Shown: piece after piece, positions 58,887-64,000 of the stretch
How the letters are laid out: each line of letters opens with the position of its first letter
How positions within the stretch are numbered: position 1 is the first letter of the stretch
Assembly (NCBI GenBank): GCA_965221775.1
Contig: CBDCSU010000004.1
Coordinates: forward strand, 544,001 to 608,000
DNA length: 64,000 bases
Direction of reading: 5' to 3'
Source of the DNA: Candidatus Latescibacterota bacterium
GTDB lineage: Bacteria; Latescibacterota; UBA2968; UBA8231
Translations under genes and position numbers: made by a program
Notes under the pieces: generated by a model
Database searches by the model: none
Told to the model about the DNA's origin: nothing
Seen by the model: the letters and a program-made list of their open reading frames with translations, nothing else

Positions 58887-60298
58887 AGGAGGCCGAGGAA
58901 GTCGATCACGCCGCGCACCCCCCAGGCGGTGAGAAAGAGGCCGCTCAGGACGTTGAGGATCAGCAGGGTTCGGCCCATGCGCAGAGCCGGCGGCAGACGC
59001 GTCCGGTCGGTCCACACCATCAGCAGGCACCAGAGGCCGCAGGTGAGCACGCCGCCGAAGATCGCGGCGGGTGTCACGATCTGCACCGGATTGCCGCCGA
59101 GCCACATGATGGAGACCCCGCCGATCCCGCAGTAGGCCACGACCCATGGCCGCAGCCGCCGGAGCGGCATCTGGCGCACCCTGGCCGAAAGGGGCCGCAG
59201 ACACTCGTGGGTGGTGCGCACGTAGAGCTCGTAGGCGCCGAGAATGGTGCCGAAGAAGGCGGTGAAGATGCCGGCCTGGTACACATATAGAAGTTTGGGA
59301 TGCAGCCCGGTGAGAAAGGCGGCCTGCACCGAGAGAAGCTGCAGGCCCGAGGGCACGACCTGCCCCGGGTGCAGGAGCGCGGCGCCGAGGATCATGAAGG
59401 CCATGGTGAAGACCACGACGCAGAGAAAGCTGCCTCCCGTGTCGGCCAGGGGCGCCCGCAGCCAGGCCCGTGCGCGGCCGACGTTGGCTTCGTCCACGGG
59501 GATTGCGACTCCCCCCGACCCTCCCGGCGGACGCCGACCGAGAAGTCCCCATCCCTTTTCCCGAAGCATGCCGATGTAGCCGAAGTAGTCCTGCGTTCCG
59601 CCGCCGATCGCTCCGAGATAGGTCCCGAGCTCGAGCCAGGGAGAACGGCCGGCGATTGCCGGGTACTTGGCGCTCACCCAGGGCTGGTAGGCGGGAAGGG
59701 AAGGAACCAGGCTGCCTTGCAGGGCCGCCAGCCAGTCGGGGCGGCAGGCGAAGGTGGCCAGTAGGATGAAGAGGAGGAGGACACCGACGATCACCGTCTG
59801 GGTGCGCTCGAGGGCCCCGTAGCTCTGCACCAGGGTCAGGAGGATGGCGGCGCCGGCGAACAGGGTGCCCCAGACCCTGCCGTCCGACCAGAGGTCCGTT
59901 CCCCCTTCGAGCCCGCCGATCCAGACGACGAGGCCGCCGAGCATCTTGGGGAGTCCCGACAACCACAGGGGAAAGCACAGGATCGTCATCGCCGAGAGGA
60001 GGACCACCGCCCAGCCCTGGGGGCCGGGAAGGTACCTCCAGCTCTCGATCGGATGTTCCCCGGTGAGGGTCATGTACCGGGCGGCGGTGTAGACCTGGAC
60101 GAACTTCATCAGCCCGCCCCCGATGAAGCACCACAGCAGGGCGTATCCGAAGAGGGCCCCCCCGCGCGAGGCGAAGACGGTCTCGCCGCTGCCGATGGTG
60201 ACCGAGGCGATGATGGCGCCGGGTCCGAAGGAGCGCAGGAGGGCTCCCACCCTCCGGCCGGTCAGCTCCGCGGGGGGTTCGGGGTAACGGTTGTCCAC
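58883..60298 (-). CDS. Nramp-like (APC fold) transporter
   Basis: FGPGAIIASVTIGSGE, GYALLW, about 11 TM segments. Confidence 0.82.
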   Translation of the reverse strand: MDNRYPEPPAELTGRRVGALLRSFGPGAIIASVTIGSGETVFASRGGALFGYALLWCFIGGGLMKFVQVYTAARYMTLTGEHPIESWRYLPGPQGWAVVLLSAMTILCFPLWLSGLPKMLGGLVVWIGGLEGGTDLWSDGRVWGTLFAGAAILLTLVQSYGALERTQTVIVGVLLLFILLATFACRPDWLAALQGSLVPSLPAYQPWVSAKYPAIAGRSPWLELGTYLGAIGGGTQDYFGYIGMLREKGWGLLGRRPPGGSGGVAIPVDEANVGRARAWLRAPLADTGGSFLCVVVFTMAFMILGAALLHPGQVVPSGLQLLSVQAAFLTGLHPKLLYVYQAGIFTAFFGTILGAYELYVRTTHECLRPLSARVRQMPLRRLRPWVVAYCGIGGVSIMWLGGNPVQIVTPAAIFGGVLTCGLWCLLMVWTDRTRLPPALRMGRTLLILNVLSGLFLTAWGVRGVIDFLGLL

Positions 60299-60365
60299 GC
60301 GGGCAACGAAAGACGGGGATGGCGAAGGTTGTCAATCGCCCTCGTCCCTCGGCATATTCCCCGCC

Positions 60366-61322
60366 ATGACCATCGATCGCGCCGTGATTCCGGTGGCCGG
60401 TCTCGGAACGCGGCTGCTGCCGACGACCAAGGCCGTGCCCAAGGAGATGCTCCCCGCGGGGCGCCTGCCGATCATCCACCACGTCGTGGAGGAGTTGATC
60501 GCCGCGGGGATCCGGCGGATCCTGTTCGTCAGCAGCCGCCAGAAAGGGGCGATCGAGAACCACTTCGACGACTACTCGTCGCTGCTGATGCACCTGGAGC
60601 TCGACGGCCGCGACGTCCGCGAGATGGGGCGTTTCGACTACCGCCAGCGCGGCATCGAGTTCCTCTTCACCCGCCAGCAGGTTCCCCTGGGCGAGACCAA
60701 GCCCCTGGGCACCGGAGACGCCGTCGCTTCGGCCGAGAGCTTCGTCGGCGGCTCCGACTTCGTCGTCGCCTACGGGGACAGCATCATCGCCTCCCCGAAC
60801 CCTCCGGGCCTGGTGGAGCGGATGATCCGCTCCCACGAGGAGCACCGCTCCGCCTGCACCATCGGCGCCTGGGAGGTGACGCCGGAGATGGTGAGCCGGT
60901 ACGGGATCCTGGTGCCCGCAGAGGATGGGGGGGACCCGGCGGACATCCGACTCGCCGACATCATCGAGAAGCCGGCCCCCGGCACCACCGACAGCCGCCT
61001 GGCGGTGAGCGCCCGCTACGTCTTCGCGCCGGAGGTCTTCGACAGGATCCGCGCCGTGGCGCCCTCCGAGACCGGGGAGATCTACCTCACCGATGCGATC
61101 CACCGCCTCATCGAGAACGGACGCGAGGTCCGCGCCGTGCGCCTCCGGGAGGACGAGACGCGTTACGACATCGGCAACCACTCCGCCTACTTCCGGACCT
61201 TCATCGACTACGCCCTGAGGGACCCGGAATGGGGGGAGGAAACGGCCGACTACCTCGCCAGGCGGCTGGCCGGCAGGTCCCACCGGACAGGTGGACTTGA
61301 CGCCCCCCGGCGGGGCGGATGA
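60366..61322 (+). CDS. galU: UTP-glucose-1-phosphate uridylyltransferase-like protein
   Basis: AVIPVAGLGTRLLPTTKAVPKEMLP, IEKP, GEIYLTDAI, RYDIGN. Confidence 0.88.
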   Translation: MTIDRAVIPVAGLGTRLLPTTKAVPKEMLPAGRLPIIHHVVEELIAAGIRRILFVSSRQKGAIENHFDDYSSLLMHLELDGRDVREMGRFDYRQRGIEFLFTRQQVPLGETKPLGTGDAVASAESFVGGSDFVVAYGDSIIASPNPPGLVERMIRSHEEHRSACTIGAWEVTPEMVSRYGILVPAEDGGDPADIRLADIIEKPAPGTTDSRLAVSARYVFAPEVFDRIRAVAPSETGEIYLTDAIHRLIENGREVRAVRLREDETRYDIGNHSAYFRTFIDYALRDPEWGEETADYLARRLAGRSHRTGGLDAPRRGG

Positions 61323-61394
61323 ACCGGGGCGAAGAGGCGCGGGAGGGGCCTTCAAGAATCCCGGCCCAGGGTGGTGCCGGAGGGCCTTTCGCCG

Positions 61395-61422
61395 TTGACA
61401 GCAACCCGCCCAGCCGTATCTT
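61395..61422 (+). promoter_or_regulatory. Candidate sigma70 promoter of the reductase operon
   Basis: TTGACA-16 nt-TATCTT. Confidence 0.55.
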
Positions 61423-61518
61423 ACGGCAACCTTAACGCACTGATTATCAAGAGCATAGGCCATCCGGGCCCGATTCGACGCGGGATCCCGGGGGCGGCAT
61501 CCGAAGCAGGTGGCAGAC

Positions 61519-63791
<2,273 letters not shown>

Positions 63792-63795
<4 letters not shown>

Positions 63796-64000
63796 CCGTC
63801 GATCTGCAACGCCTGAACGTCAAGCTCTACCTGGAACCGGGGTGCCTGCTGTCTCCGGAGGAGACCTTCCGCGTCTTCAGCCAGTGGATTCCCGAGTCCG
63901 AGGACGAGGTCCTCATCGACGTCGCCGACTACAGCCATATCGACCGGGGGCCTCGAACAGTGCTCGTCGGACACGACGCCAACTACGTCCTCGACAACAC
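63792..64000 (+). CDS. Hypothetical protein coupled to the reductase (truncated by window edge)
   Basis: ATGA overlap; open frame MTVDLQRLNVKLYL...LIDVADYSH..GP. Confidence 0.75.

Noticed and set aside
61340-61518. Possible SAM-I riboswitch before the sulfite reductase (TTATCAAGAG, GGAGGG, GCAACC fragments)
   Set aside because: The fragments are in the wrong order and partly upstream of the putative promoter, and I cannot build the P1-P4 fold. An Infernal search with SAM models would settle it.

Overview
High-GC bacterial chromosome segment with no mobile element, CRISPR array or rRNA that I can see. Gene content suggests an FCB-group lineage such as Latescibacterota/Gemmatimonadota, but that is inference only. 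Bases 1-29.3 kb are the minus-strand core translation/transcription supercluster: greA, tRNA-Gly, tRNA-Thr, rpmG, tRNA-Trp, secE, nusG, rplKAJL, rpoBC, rpsLG-fusA-tuf, and the S10, spc and alpha genes down to the start of rplQ. Bases 29.5-64 kb are mixed housekeeping and metabolic genes: ygfZ-like, dinB, FAD/Fe-S oxidoreductase, zapA, infC, PfkB kinase, MFS-HEAT fusion, rplC, pcm, rlpA, pyrKD, a TPR-TonB lipoprotein, carB, nnr, an M20 hydrolase, a PncC/NadD-like fusion, a Nramp-like transporter, a GalU-like enzyme and a sulfite/nitrite reductase. Most notable observations: (1) RpoB has D516Q and S522D in the rifamycin pocket. (2) rplC is cleanly absent from the S10 operon and sits 30 kb away with its own promoter. 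(3) The rpmG stop codon overlaps nucleotides 1-2 of tRNA-Trp. (4) infC appears to start at AUC. (5) The TPR-TonB lipoprotein inside the pyrimidine operon is dense in Bacteroidota-type O-glycosylation sequons. (6) A cryptic Rid/YjgF-like protein is coupled to a flavin oxidoreductase. (7) There is a candidate NAD salvage/repair operon. (8) Terminator-containing leaders precede greA and zapA. All calls come from reading the sequence by eye; no searches were run.
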